This document shows positions 40,117-50,632 of a stretch of 64,000 nucleotides of DNA, in pieces. The stretch is from NCBI GenBank assembly GCA_049513715.1, contig JBEKVV010000001.1, forward strand, positions 480,001-544,000, given 5' to 3'. Both the position numbers and the translations under genes were made by a program. Under the pieces are notes generated by a model. That model made no database searches. It was not told the origin of the DNA and was given only the letters and a program-made list of their open reading frames with translations. Within the stretch, counting starts at the first letter, position 1; every line of letters starts with the position of its first letter. Source of the stretch: Candidatus Bathyarchaeia archaeon (GTDB lineage: Archaea > Thermoproteota > Bathyarchaeia > 40CM-2-53-6).

Positions 40117-40401
40117 TCATTTCAGTTCCTGTAACTTGTCCTCCTCAATTTGGCGTAGAATCGCCAGCCCGAGTGGTGTCAAGGAAACTACGTCTTGTCC
40201 ATCTAGGTTGGTTGAGGTGAGAAACCCCTCTGTCTGCAGGTTCGCGATCTCTCCAACCCAGGTCTGGTCGGAGTCAACGGCGAGGTCTGCTCTGAGGTTT
40301 TCTTGTTTGACGAATTTGTTGCCGATGCCCCTCAGCCTCCAGAGTGTGAGGAGGATTTGCTCTCCTAGGTCTGAGAGTGCTTGGGGGGGCATGTTTGGCA
40401 T
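40117..40401 (-). CDS. Small winged-helix protein
   Basis: ILLTLWRL...LQTEGFL...SLTPLG. Confidence 0.65.
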   Translation of the reverse strand: MPNMPPQALSDLGEQILLTLWRLRGIGNKFVKQENLRADLAVDSDQTWVGEIANLQTEGFLTSTNLDGQDVVSLTPLGLAILRQIEEDKLQELK

Positions 40402-40502
40402 GGGTTGTCTGTCTCTGACTTATCCATATGGATGAAACTTTAGTGTGTGTTAATGCGAACATTAATATACCATGCCTTTCGCATAAGAGCCTTGAGTAGT
40501 CC

Positions 40503-41183
40503 ATGGCAGCCGATGAAGCCACCGCATTCATGGAAGTCCTATCGAAGAGCCCGCAATTCAAAGTCCTCACCATCTTAGCACAACGCCCACAGGAAGAACT
40601 CACAAAGACCGAAATCGCTCAACGTGCAGGTATAGGACGAACAACCCTCTACCGAGTCTGGAACGACCTCGAACGAATGAAGGCCATCGCGCCATCGAGG
40701 CATGTGGGCGCAGTAACCCTATACCGAATGAACCCCCAAAGCCCAGTCGTACAATCATTCCTCAGCATAACCAAAAGCCTAACCACAGTAACTGACGCGG
40801 TCTCAAAAATCGAGCAACTCCGCAAACTGGAAGAATCGGCCAAGTCAGAGTTCGGCGACACTGTACCGCCGGGACCCAGCATTTTGGTTAAACTCGTGAA
40901 AGCAAACTCCATCTCACCCGAAACCGCTAGAACACGTGCAGAGCTTCAGTTCACTCAACACGAAGCGGACGCCCTCAAAGGCCTATTGACGGCCGGGTTA
41001 GTCTTCGAGAATGACGGGGCACTCTACCTAAGCCAACTCGGGTCGCAGACCGCGCAAGGCGCAGCAAAGATCTGGGGCTCCGACAACTCGCAATCCCTAG
41101 ACCAAGCAATCTCAACCGCAAAAGTCGCACTGAACCTAATCAACCAAGAGATCAGGCGGCTCAAAGGGCAAGTGCCAAAGTAG
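40503..41183 (+). CDS. Winged-HTH transcriptional regulator
   Basis: LTKTEIAQRAGIGRTTLYRVWNDL, plus a second wHTH-like segment LLTAGLV...LSQLG. Confidence 0.78.
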   Translation: MAADEATAFMEVLSKSPQFKVLTILAQRPQEELTKTEIAQRAGIGRTTLYRVWNDLERMKAIAPSRHVGAVTLYRMNPQSPVVQSFLSITKSLTTVTDAVSKIEQLRKLEESAKSEFGDTVPPGPSILVKLVKANSISPETARTRAELQFTQHEADALKGLLTAGLVFENDGALYLSQLGSQTAQGAAKIWGSDNSQSLDQAISTAKVALNLINQEIRRLKGQVPK

Positions 41184-41460
41184 CCGAGAACTTAGCGCTC
41201 GCCAGTAACTACTTTCTTTTCTCTTCGTTTTCCTATCCAAGAAACTTTAAGTCTTAACGGGAAAAATCGGGAATACCTACGGGTAATTGAGTCGTTTGAC
41301 GTCCTCTCCGCAGTGTTAGCCGATAACGACCTGAGCCTGTCGTCATTCTTCATGAACTCTATAGACGCTAACCGTGCTGCTATCTACTTAGCCGCGTGGC
41401 GAACCCAACGAGCTGAAGTGAGAAAAAAATGACTCGGGACGAAGCGCGGGTTGGGAATAT

Positions 41461-41679
41461 GTGAAACAGTGGTACAAGAAAACTGCGAAGTATGAACAAG
41501 GATGTTTGCGACGAAACCCGTACCACCAGATCGAGTTTATTGTAACTTGTCACTTCCTACAGAAGTACCTTCCAAAGACAGGATTTGTTCTCGACGCGGG
41601 CGGAGGACCCGGGGCGTACACCATCGAATTGGCCGAGAAAGGATATGACCTAGTCTTAATAGATCTCACAATTTCCTGA
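41461..41679 (+). pseudogene. Truncated class I SAM-dependent methyltransferase
   Basis: VLDAGGGPGAYTIELAEKGYDLVLIDL, then a stop just after motif I. Confidence 0.75.
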
Positions 41680-41739
41680 AAAGAGACTGGCAAATAACGG
41701 AGACGAACAGCTTGACATGCGTGAACATAAATCAAAAGG

Positions 41740-43008
41740 TCAACTTGCTAGCTGCAATTTCAAAACCGTCTCATCGTTGATCCTGGGGCCTTTTGTGGGG
41801 TACTGCATATGGTAGTTTGTGATGCGATAGCGCATGCACACTTGTGAAGATAGGCCATCAGTTTTAGCGATCTCTTGAATTGCCAATGGTGTATTAATGC
41901 GATGTCCACGATTAGAGTTACTTCCTACTACAACATATGCAGTTCCTTTCGATTTCTTCAACACTTTGGCTATTTCACCTACCCATGCGGTAGTGTCGTT
42001 GAAATACCGTGCCAGTTCAGTTGCTTCCGATGTGAACCCTGAGCGTTTCAGGTATGAGTACATTCTACGTACAGAACTTGTTAGAGAACCCATGTCTGGG
42101 TCGTCTAAACTCATGCCAAGAAACTCGTGGCGGAGCTTGTGAAGTGATTCTTCATCAACCATTCCCAGCCAGAAGTATTCGAGCTTGTGTCTTCGCCAAT
42201 ACTCGATTGCAGACATGTAGCATGGTGACGTAATAATCAAGTCGGGCCAGATATCAAGTCTTGAGCAGATTTCGCTCCACTTTTTAGCATCCGCGTTGAC
42301 AAGCTTTATTCTTCCCAACGGATTCTTTCGCATTTGTTGATACCCACGCGCGAGGAGAGCGCTTTTCTTGGAGAGCTCCTTTTCAATGCTAAACTTGAGC
42401 CCTGAAGCCAGAGCTTCTCGCCTGACTCTTGTGACCTCAAGTCCGCTTGATGTCTGCGGGTCTGCCCGTGAGATCTTACGTACAACCGATGCGAAGAGCG
42501 CCAGCAATGTATCCTTTCGGCGACCAGTGTTCTCGAGGTGAGCTATTTGCTGTAGCACTTTGCATATGTTGACGGCAACGTATGGTTTGAACCAATGGAA
42601 CACGTTTGGGGGGGCTCTAAAAGGGGTCGAATCCTCAAGATTGTGTATGTACTTCAAGGCGTTAGCTCTCTTGACGCCAGGCTTTGCAAATGGCTTACTT
42701 TCTTTCAGGACTGACGCAACAGTGTTGACGAGCCAGTCGGGATCGACAGGTCTAGCCTTCGCTCTAGTCAGTAAACAGGCCAATGGATCTATGTCGGAGA
42801 AGAGGCCTGCTTTCCCCGCAAAAGTTGTTTCGACGGCCACGGTTCCGCATCCGGCCATGGGGTCTCCAATCACCCTCGATTTGGGGTGCTTGCTGATTAG
42901 GTACGTTACGAGGGGCGGGTGAAATCGGCCAGGAAATCTGAACAGACCATGTGTGAGAGTTCGTGGATTCCTATAAGACGTCAAAGTCAAGGGTTTAAGT
43001 TGCGACAA
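41740..43008 (-). CDS. Amino (N4-C/N6-A) DNA methyltransferase
   Basis: THGLFRFPGRF, DPMAGCGT, DIDP, ITSPCY (variant of TSPPY), VVG. Confidence 0.85.
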   Translation of the reverse strand: MSQLKPLTLTSYRNPRTLTHGLFRFPGRFHPPLVTYLISKHPKSRVIGDPMAGCGTVAVETTFAGKAGLFSDIDPLACLLTRAKARPVDPDWLVNTVASVLKESKPFAKPGVKRANALKYIHNLEDSTPFRAPPNVFHWFKPYVAVNICKVLQQIAHLENTGRRKDTLLALFASVVRKISRADPQTSSGLEVTRVRREALASGLKFSIEKELSKKSALLARGYQQMRKNPLGRIKLVNADAKKWSEICSRLDIWPDLIITSPCYMSAIEYWRRHKLEYFWLGMVDEESLHKLRHEFLGMSLDDPDMGSLTSSVRRMYSYLKRSGFTSEATELARYFNDTTAWVGEIAKVLKKSKGTAYVVVGSNSNRGHRINTPLAIQEIAKTDGLSSQVCMRYRITNYHMQYPTKGPRINDETVLKLQLAS

Positions 43009-43039
43009 TCCGGTTACCTTTCTCTATCCAAACCAGAAA

Positions 43040-45502
43040 TCATGGCGATTCTTGTGACGTGCTCTTCTTTGTAATCCTTTGGAGGCTCTGTTGGAACCGG
43101 TCGATTACAATCTCAGGTTTAGAATTAAGTTCAACACGGTCACCGTAAACGAAAATTAGGCCAGGGAGCAGGCGTGATAGGGCATAGAGCCAATCTTTGA
43201 TTTGCCATTCAGGAGCGTCAAGTGGTTCGCCTACTTTGGGACTGTGCTTAATGGCTCCTATGGATGGTGGGTCCGCAGGGTGCTCCTTTTGGAGCTTGTA
43301 GATCCTCTCTAGCATCGCGCCGATGTCAGGTAAAGTCCTTTGATCTGAGCAAAACTTGCTTATCCACCCATGCGCCTCTTCAGGTGAACGGCATGTTTCG
43401 AAAAGGTTTTCCAATTCACTCAGCGAAAGAGGTTTCACTCCGGATGCTTCAACAAGACGCGCAAAATCTCGAGCTCGAATCAAGGTAACGTTCGCTTTTT
43501 TGGCCTCTTTGACTGCTTTCGACTTCTCACCGAGTGTCGTTGTCTCGAAATCAGATCCTATTACCGCAGCATAATCTGCTTTGTAATCATCCCTATGTCG
43601 ATCGACCGTGGACATTCGGATGTCGCCCGACTTAACCTTCTCGTGGCCGGTGGACTTTGCATCATAAGTGACCGAGTAGGAACGAGTCTCCAATTTCCCA
43701 GTTTGATCTCCGTAGCGCACAGCCAAGACAGCGGTTGCTAGACCATCGGGTTTTCCGCTTCCGCCAAGTGGGAGAACTTCAAATCCAAGCGCCCTGAATG
43801 CGCTGTGGCTCGCCTCTTCCAGTCCGGACTCGGACGCTACAGATTCGCGTATCTGTTCTGCGATGATCATGACGCTCCGTGGTTTTTCTCTAACCAGAAA
43901 CCGCAGGAACTGGTCTCGTCTCTCGAGCAGTTCACGAACTTCATTTGGCGCCAAGCTAGATTCGTATAAGTACGCTTCCAGCAAAACCTCAGCAGTTCCG
44001 ATGGCTTCCATCCCTTGAAAATCTGCATAATTGACATAGAAGGGGTGGTTGACATTGATTTTTACCGTTCCAGTTGAAGCATCGAAAACAGCCAATGGAT
44101 CCGTTTGGTCAAGTGTGGCAAATTCGGTTTTCTTGATTGTATCTACAACGGTTTTTCCTTCCGGAGGAACTTGTATTGTAATGGGAGTCAATCCCTTGTC
44201 GTGAAGGGCGCGATCTACAGCATGTTTCATGGGGAAACGTGCAAGAGGTCCAGGGATGGCGGCAAGTCGGTCTTCGATCCCCTCCTTCTTATCTCTCTCC
44301 GCCAGGTATTCCTGATACCAATTTCGAATTTCGTTGAACTTTGCCACGAGATATTTCTCAAGGATCAGTCGCTTCTCCTCAGATACGCTCTCTCGACTTG
44401 CAACAAGTTCTCTGTCGAGATCGTTGACATGAATAATTGCGCGTAGGCGATTGAAGGTCGCGTGCGAGAGAACGTGGATCCCGAATAGTGGGTCGTCATG
44501 GTTGACAAGCCGACGACGAACCATTATGAAAAACCCGTGGCTTCTCCCTGTCTCTTCAGATTTGCCGCCAAGTAGCGTCTCTTCATAAAGTGTGAGTTCA
44601 CCAGAGACCTTCCCGACTCCGGGAATTGATATCCAAGAATCAAACGGTTCTAGTTCGTGGGGATCCTCGCCAGCTTTATAATCAAGGTCGTTTGCGACCT
44701 TGTCTTTCTTGCCGACTTGCCATTTCTTCAGACTCTTTTTGGATAGCTTACTCGGAGGCACTTCTTGCCCGTCAAGAAATACATGGAAGTCTGGTACAAG
44801 TGGGAGTGCAGTAGAGATAATCCATCGAAGACGCCCTCGCGAGATTGCTTTAGCTTCAGTCTTAAGATGATCTACTATCACGAGCGTCCAGGATTTGGGA
44901 GCACCATTTCCGAATAATGGTAGAGCGACTCCACCCGGAGGTCCACCAGAGACCGCAAAGTCTAGGAGCCCTTTTGCTTCCACGTCTTGTAATTCTCTTA
45001 CGCTCAAAGTGACTTCCTTGGGCCGTTCCAGCCTCTTGGTGCCAGGGGCTAATTCATCAGGAATAACCTCCGAGAAATCCATAGTCACAGCGAGAATTTG
45101 CTTACCATGCTTGCACACATGACTAATCCTGTGGCCTACGACGTAGCTCGCGAGTTTTCCAATGCCGAATTTGCCAATGGGTAGACGCCCCTTCTTCTCT
45201 GCTCTGCGCTCTCGGTTGGGGTCTCGTTTCGTCGTTTCTGCCACCAACCATAGCTCCCTCAGTCCTTCAAGGTTCATACTCTCTCCGTCGTCCCATACCA
45301 ACACTTTCGCATCGGGATTCTCCCAGTCGTCCGGAAGGATTACTTGACAATTCTGAGCAAACGCGTCGTAGGCGTTGACAACGAGTTCCTCAATAGCCTT
45401 CGCTGGATTGGAGTAAAGGTGACCGGAGAAAAGGTCGATGATTCGATACCCTATGAAGACAGGGAGTGTCCCTATCTGCTTTCCTGCTGTTGTGATATCC
45501 AA
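43040..45502 (-). CDS. MORC/GHKL ATPase fused to Mrr-like restriction endonuclease domain
   Basis: LYSN..AIEELVVNAYDA, DDGESM, GKFGIGKL, INVNHP; C-terminal LGGSGKPDG...YDAKST. Confidence 0.85.
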   Translation of the reverse strand: MDITTAGKQIGTLPVFIGYRIIDLFSGHLYSNPAKAIEELVVNAYDAFAQNCQVILPDDWENPDAKVLVWDDGESMNLEGLRELWLVAETTKRDPNRERRAEKKGRLPIGKFGIGKLASYVVGHRISHVCKHGKQILAVTMDFSEVIPDELAPGTKRLERPKEVTLSVRELQDVEAKGLLDFAVSGGPPGGVALPLFGNGAPKSWTLVIVDHLKTEAKAISRGRLRWIISTALPLVPDFHVFLDGQEVPPSKLSKKSLKKWQVGKKDKVANDLDYKAGEDPHELEPFDSWISIPGVGKVSGELTLYEETLLGGKSEETGRSHGFFIMVRRRLVNHDDPLFGIHVLSHATFNRLRAIIHVNDLDRELVASRESVSEEKRLILEKYLVAKFNEIRNWYQEYLAERDKKEGIEDRLAAIPGPLARFPMKHAVDRALHDKGLTPITIQVPPEGKTVVDTIKKTEFATLDQTDPLAVFDASTGTVKINVNHPFYVNYADFQGMEAIGTAEVLLEAYLYESSLAPNEVRELLERRDQFLRFLVREKPRSVMIIAEQIRESVASESGLEEASHSAFRALGFEVLPLGGSGKPDGLATAVLAVRYGDQTGKLETRSYSVTYDAKSTGHEKVKSGDIRMSTVDRHRDDYKADYAAVIGSDFETTTLGEKSKAVKEAKKANVTLIRARDFARLVEASGVKPLSLSELENLFETCRSPEEAHGWISKFCSDQRTLPDIGAMLERIYKLQKEHPADPPSIGAIKHSPKVGEPLDAPEWQIKDWLYALSRLLPGLIFVYGDRVELNSKPEIVIDRFQQSLQRITKKSTSQESP

Positions 45503-45703
45503 GTAGATTTCACGTAAAACACTCAGCCGAAGTACTAGATTAGTGTATAATTTCTACCGGTCATGCGCGACCAGAGAGAAACTAAGACGAAACTAAGACG
45601 GGGAACTCCCACTTGTTACCTTGTAACTGTAGGTCAATGCCAGCGACTTCAGGGACAACATACCGATGTACTTGAGGCTGCTTTAGTACTCTAGAGATTC
45701 CGT

Positions 45704-46198
45704 TCATGGTTCCCATGTGAATCGGTAATCGAGTTTCGGATGAACATAAATTACGGAGACAGGATAACGTTTGTAGTTCCCGCGAGTTGATTTTACGCGG
45801 TCGTAACTAACTTTCAATCGACCTTTTGAAAAGGGCTGGGAAACTCCGCTCGCGTCAAGGATCAACAGAATCCGTGTCCTGGCTTTGTTAGTTGATACCC
45901 GGCATAGTTTGTTGATCTCCGAACGATTCTCAGAGCCATAATGTTGATTGCTGTGAAGTGGGTCACGAACGACTAGTTCTATTACTCTCGGATTCGAAGT
46001 CGCGTATCTGAAATCTATTCTGTCTTGACCTGCCGCAGGAAGGTACTCCCTTTCCATATACCCGAACTTCGTTTCAAGCGCTCCGAATAAAATGTGGTGT
46101 ATGATCCCCTCTTTTCTTCTGTAGTCCATATACTGTTCCGACAATCGGACAGCCATTTTTCCCAGATGGATTAGCCTATCCACTGTGAAACTCACCAT
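45704..46198 (-). CDS. Small PD-(D/E)XK-like protein
   Basis: EREY...RIDF...VIELVV (the Lys position is not conserved). Confidence 0.5.
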   Translation of the reverse strand: MVSFTVDRLIHLGKMAVRLSEQYMDYRRKEGIIHHILFGALETKFGYMEREYLPAAGQDRIDFRYATSNPRVIELVVRDPLHSNQHYGSENRSEINKLCRVSTNKARTRILLILDASGVSQPFSKGRLKVSYDRVKSTRGNYKRYPVSVIYVHPKLDYRFTWEP

Positions 46199-46259
46199 CT
46201 CACAAAATCACTCCGCAAATTCGGGCGTTTCTATTGTCTTTCTGTATTTGATATTGTCT

Positions 46260-46526
46260 ATGCAAAGAATGCCAGCCAAAACGTTAAGAAGCAAAGCATC
46301 GTCAAATCTGAATAGAAATCAGTTGCCGCCAAAACAGCAAGACAGTTCAAGCCATGAACTACTTGGATTTTTTCTGTTCCTAGCATGGGTATTTGCATCT
46401 ATTGAAATCTGGGTTAGCGCTCCTGCTGACTGGCAGTGGTATGGAAAGGGCCTACTGATCGCTATCGTGGGCGCACTTCTAACGGTGTTCTACTACGTTT
46501 TCGAGTCCGTAATGAGGCGCAAATAG
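46260..46526 (+). CDS. Small 2-TM protein
   Basis: Two hydrophobic helices at the C-terminus; start uncertain. Confidence 0.45.
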   Translation: MQRMPAKTLRSKASSNLNRNQLPPKQQDSSSHELLGFFLFLAWVFASIEIWVSAPADWQWYGKGLLIAIVGALLTVFYYVFESVMRRK

Positions 46527-46835
46527 CAACCACACAAATACCCAGATCAAGAACGCTTCAGCAACGATCAGAACAATCATAGCGCTATCCAAAGCGACAC
46601 CAACAGCTAGAGATGCGAAAGCAAACGCATAGATGGGCGTTAGCATTCTGCGTGGCACATATTTCCCTGATATCAGAAATGAGGCTAGAATACTCAGTGC
46701 GGCCAAAGCCGTTGCCATACCCATAATACCATCGTAATTCAGCCAATGTATGAAGATTGGAATGCAAAGCGCGCCTAGCACCATAATCATGCATGACCCA
46801 AGTTGCCGATAGTCAGAACTTGATTCTGATTCCAA
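46479..46835 (-). CDS. Small 4-TM protein
   Basis: Four hydrophobic segments. Confidence 0.5.
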   Translation of the reverse strand: MESESSSDYRQLGSCMIMVLGALCIPIFIHWLNYDGIMGMATALAALSILASFLISGKYVPRRMLTPIYAFAFASLAVGVALDSAMIVLIVAEAFLIWVFVWLLFAPHYGLENVVEHR

Positions 46836-47169
46836 GCGTCATCCATAGAAAAATGGGAATATGAACCCCTACATGGCCTTCCTATGCCTAGTCGTCTCTA
46901 GTCAACGCAGTACTAGATCGCGTTCACCATCCTTCGATTATCCCACGTAAGCCCATCTTGCGTAGGTAAATCGACAGTAACTTGAGAAAACCAGGTTTTC
47001 TTATGCCGTAAGTTGGGAAACGGCCAGAAACATCTGCAACGGTTCTTAGATCACGCTTGGCCAGATTGACCATGCCGCTTTGATCGAACGGTCCTAGCTC
47101 TCTAGCGCGACCGTATTGCATATACACTCTATCTGAACTCTATTCAAGCCATCAATCGGGTGTTCGCGT

Positions 47170-48159
47170 ATGGTACGAAAGCAATCGATGCTAGACTATT
47201 CGAGGACCGAGTTAGATTACAAGCCACTCGCCCAAATAGAAGTTAATCGGCTTAACCCTAGGGAACCAGCGGGCAAAGAGGACGTCAGCGATCTCAAGAA
47301 ATCAATTCGTTCAGTTGGCGTCCTCGTACCGTTGCTGGTCTTTCGAAAAAAAAGAACGAAAAACAAGTTTGTTTTGCTGGAAGGTGAACGACGTTACCGC
47401 GCGTGCACTGAACTGTTTGAAGAAACTCGAGAGAAGCGGTTCAGTGAAGTTCCTGTCAATATCCTACGAACACATCCGAGCAAGTTCAAGAACTATCAAA
47501 CAATGTTCAATGTTCATACAAAGAGGAAGAAATGGAGCCGAGCTGCTGAGGCTGAAGCGCTTGGCAAACTCAGGGTAATGGGCAAGAAGCGGGCGAACAA
47601 TACAGGCAAACTCGTCGATTTGACCGGACTGGATGAGACCGCCGTCGAGGAAGATCTGACGTTCCTTAGATTCCCTGACGATCTAAGGAAGCTCGCTTTC
47701 GACGGAAAGCTTCGTGAGTATTATCTCATTTTGCTTGGAAGGAACCTTAAGGTACTTGAAGATATATTTCCGCTGCTATTTGAAAAATACAAGTGGGAAA
47801 CGATCGTTCGAACGCTTATCTTGAAAGTTCAGAATCGCAACATTAGACGAACCAGAGATTTCAATTACCTTTCATCGCTCGCTAAGACCTGCATACAGTT
47901 CAAAGACAAAGATGTGTTCACACGTGCTTTTGACAAGCTGATGACTGAACCAGCGTTCAATATGGATGACATGGCAGCATTTGTTGACCGTGAATTGGGA
48001 TACAGGGCCGATGAGGCATTTAGTGATCACTGCAAGGCCTTTGCAGAATCCCTCTCTTCACATTTGAAACATAGGAATTACAAGGTCCAGAAGAAAACAC
48101 TGGAAATCCTGCTTAAGATTGCAGAAGAGATAGCGAGACTAAATTCAGAATCGACCTAG
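47170..48159 (+). CDS. ParB/Srx N-terminal domain protein
   Basis: NPR..., LKKSIRSVGVLVPLLV, LLEGERRYRA, HTH-like LVDLTGL. Confidence 0.85.
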   Translation: MVRKQSMLDYSRTELDYKPLAQIEVNRLNPREPAGKEDVSDLKKSIRSVGVLVPLLVFRKKRTKNKFVLLEGERRYRACTELFEETREKRFSEVPVNILRTHPSKFKNYQTMFNVHTKRKKWSRAAEAEALGKLRVMGKKRANNTGKLVDLTGLDETAVEEDLTFLRFPDDLRKLAFDGKLREYYLILLGRNLKVLEDIFPLLFEKYKWETIVRTLILKVQNRNIRRTRDFNYLSSLAKTCIQFKDKDVFTRAFDKLMTEPAFNMDDMAAFVDRELGYRADEAFSDHCKAFAESLSSHLKHRNYKVQKKTLEILLKIAEEIARLNSEST

Positions 48160-48161
48160 GG

Positions 48162-49247
48162 TTGGCAACTATGGTCGCAAAGGCGAAACAAAAGAGCATG
48201 CTCCGACACCAACGCAAGCTGAATCACAGTATTCCTGATATTGTCCTCCTCCAAGTCAAATCTCTTAAATTCGTCAGGTACCGAGCACTCCTGGAAAGTT
48301 TCGCAACAGAATATTACAAGACCAATTTCCCCGGTCCTCGGGATGAGTTCAGATTCATTATCAAGTATGAAGAAGCGCTCGTGAGCCACTGCACCGATGC
48401 CAGGCTGTTCAACGAACTCCACGGCTTAATGGACGAGGACTTGGCGGCCTTAGGTGCGGCCCGCATGTTGGAAAAGTCGTACCGAAATCATTTCGCTCAC
48501 TCATTTCAGGATTTCCTAACTGGGACAGTTGTGATAGACAAGTTCTACGAAACCTTCGTCAAATGGTATTCTCCGAACCTGAATGCGAATTTGAGATCTA
48601 GCGTTGAATCATCTTGGCTTCTTACCACCATCCTTCACGACCGCTACCGACCAGTCTCGAAATATGGGGATATGATACGAAGAGGACTTACCATTCGGCC
48701 TCCAAGAGTTGAAGACCATCCCTTGATCGCCAAACGATTGGCTTCAATGTACCGGCATCTACAATCAGGAAACTCACTTGAGAATTGGGTGATTGATGGA
48801 TCAAACACAGACCCTTTGGTTGATATTTTGCTCAAGCATGCCGATTGCGATAATCACGCCATATGTGCCGCATTATCATTGCCCTATTATGATCTTCAGA
48901 TTGATGATCCAACGCTGTATGCATCTGCCTTGGCGATCGCCTTGCACAACTCACAGCCAAGGGAAGATTTGTTGGCGGCAAAGGTATTTCCTGTGTGCAT
49001 GGAGAGATTTCCACTAGTTACGCTTCTTAGCTATATCGACGCCGTTCAAGAGTGGGATAGATCAGAAGACTCAAACGACACACTAATTGATATTCGATTC
49101 GACAACAACGAAGTTCTGTTCGAAGTGTCTTTTGATAGTCCTAAGGCAGCACGTGGTAAGGCGGAAGAACTTGAGAAGGTCTCAGCCTGCATCGTTCACC
49201 CTTCTCCCATAAGACTTGGCTTCGTAAGCAAGGTCCTTGTGGCATGA
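48162..49247 (+). CDS. HD-domain metal-dependent phosphohydrolase-like protein
   Basis: YRNHFAHS, TILHD, DNHAI, AIALHN, LLSYIDAVQEWDR; starts 2 nt after the ParB stop. Confidence 0.78.
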   Translation: MATMVAKAKQKSMLRHQRKLNHSIPDIVLLQVKSLKFVRYRALLESFATEYYKTNFPGPRDEFRFIIKYEEALVSHCTDARLFNELHGLMDEDLAALGAARMLEKSYRNHFAHSFQDFLTGTVVIDKFYETFVKWYSPNLNANLRSSVESSWLLTTILHDRYRPVSKYGDMIRRGLTIRPPRVEDHPLIAKRLASMYRHLQSGNSLENWVIDGSNTDPLVDILLKHADCDNHAICAALSLPYYDLQIDDPTLYASALAIALHNSQPREDLLAAKVFPVCMERFPLVTLLSYIDAVQEWDRSEDSNDTLIDIRFDNNEVLFEVSFDSPKAARGKAEELEKVSACIVHPSPIRLGFVSKVLVA

Positions 49248-49266
49248 CCAGGTATGGCTAGCGAGC

Positions 49267-50592
49267 TCAGGCGAGCTTTCCTTTCTTGAGGAAAAGAATG
49301 TGCTCAGATCGCATTACATTTTGTATTCCCTCAATTGGGCGCTCGAACCTTTGAATCAGATTGAGGCTATGTTGCTGCCCAATCTTGACCATTTCATCCT
49401 CAAGCTTTATGCCGGTGGCGTTCAAGACCTTCTCAAGCTGTACGGTATTCGAACCGATTATTATTACTGCAAAATGGTCTTGTTTTAGCACTCGAGCCAT
49501 TTCACCTATGGCTTTGTTCATGTCTTCGATGTATGTGTGCACTTGATTTTTCAATCCGGTTCCTCTCAACCCAATCATTGTGTCACGAAGTGATTTGACA
49601 TCATACCCTAGATATTGCAGCTGAGAAGCATCAGCTTTGATGTAGTCAATTGCAAATGAGTATGGAGGAGAAGTAACTATGCCGTCCACGGAGTCAGGAG
49701 CGAGGTCCCTCATTTCTCGTGCGTCACCAAGCTCGATCTTAGCACTACCGAGTCGTAGGCGTAATCGATCGCGAACGTCCAAGAAATTGCGAATTGCTGT
49801 AACATACCTCTGAAGGACGATAGGTAGGAGCTCTTCCAAACTCTTGGTCTTGACTCTAGTAGAGTATCCAATCGCATCCAAGTAGCAAAGGAGAATTATT
49901 GGATGAATTTCAGTTAGCTTCAATTCCTTCGGCTTTTCTGAACTCCTAACCAAGCCTTCACGACGATTTGACAAAGCGCGGAAAGCAGATTTCGCCGACG
50001 ATTCGAGCTCCGACAGTTTCTCATTCGTCAGAAACAGTCCATCTGCCTTAGCTTTTGCCATAAAGACTGCAAAAGGATTCATGTCGAAACCGATTGAATC
50101 TACACCGACCACTGAGGCCTCGATATTGGTTGTTCCGCTGCCTGTCATAGGATCCAGGACAACATCACCACGTCTTAGGCCGATAATGTTCATGATGCCT
50201 TTGATCAATTGCGGGTGGAATTTCCCTCTGTAAGGAAACAAACCGTGGGTTGCATAACTTGTCTTGAACTTGAACACATTGAAGAAGGCCTTCATTCTGA
50301 ATGACCCTTGGTCAACCAGAAGCGGCGCACCCGAGCATAGCTTGTAGTGAACGGTTTCTCTTCCATCAATCTTGGCGAAGTATGCACTCCTTTCTACTGC
50401 GTCGTCCTTGCTAAGTACCGAGGCTTCTGCAAGGGCCAAATCAAGCTCATAGATGCTATTCAAGCCAGGCACGAGTTCGTACCCTTCTGGCAAAACCCTC
50501 ATTCGTACATCAGGCACCAATGACCTGGCTATTTCCTCGGCCTTCAATGAACTTCCTCGAGGCAGGGATTGCACCACATAACTCTTAAGCAA
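49267..50592 (-). CDS. Amino (probably N4-C) DNA methyltransferase
   Basis: THGLFPYRGKFHPQ, DPMTGSGTT, GDAR, VTSPPY, IIG. Confidence 0.9.
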   Translation of the reverse strand: MLKSYVVQSLPRGSSLKAEEIARSLVPDVRMRVLPEGYELVPGLNSIYELDLALAEASVLSKDDAVERSAYFAKIDGRETVHYKLCSGAPLLVDQGSFRMKAFFNVFKFKTSYATHGLFPYRGKFHPQLIKGIMNIIGLRRGDVVLDPMTGSGTTNIEASVVGVDSIGFDMNPFAVFMAKAKADGLFLTNEKLSELESSAKSAFRALSNRREGLVRSSEKPKELKLTEIHPIILLCYLDAIGYSTRVKTKSLEELLPIVLQRYVTAIRNFLDVRDRLRLRLGSAKIELGDAREMRDLAPDSVDGIVTSPPYSFAIDYIKADASQLQYLGYDVKSLRDTMIGLRGTGLKNQVHTYIEDMNKAIGEMARVLKQDHFAVIIIGSNTVQLEKVLNATGIKLEDEMVKIGQQHSLNLIQRFERPIEGIQNVMRSEHILFLKKGKLA

Positions 50593-50632
50593 TATGAGTC
50601 GAGCAGTACGAGTGAATCAATGTGGCATCCTC

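Noticed and set aside
41241..41252. GAAACTTTAAGT shared with 53097-53108 as island direct repeats
   Set aside because: It matches a BRE/TATA promoter consensus and sits at promoter distance from pyrG, so convergence is more likely.
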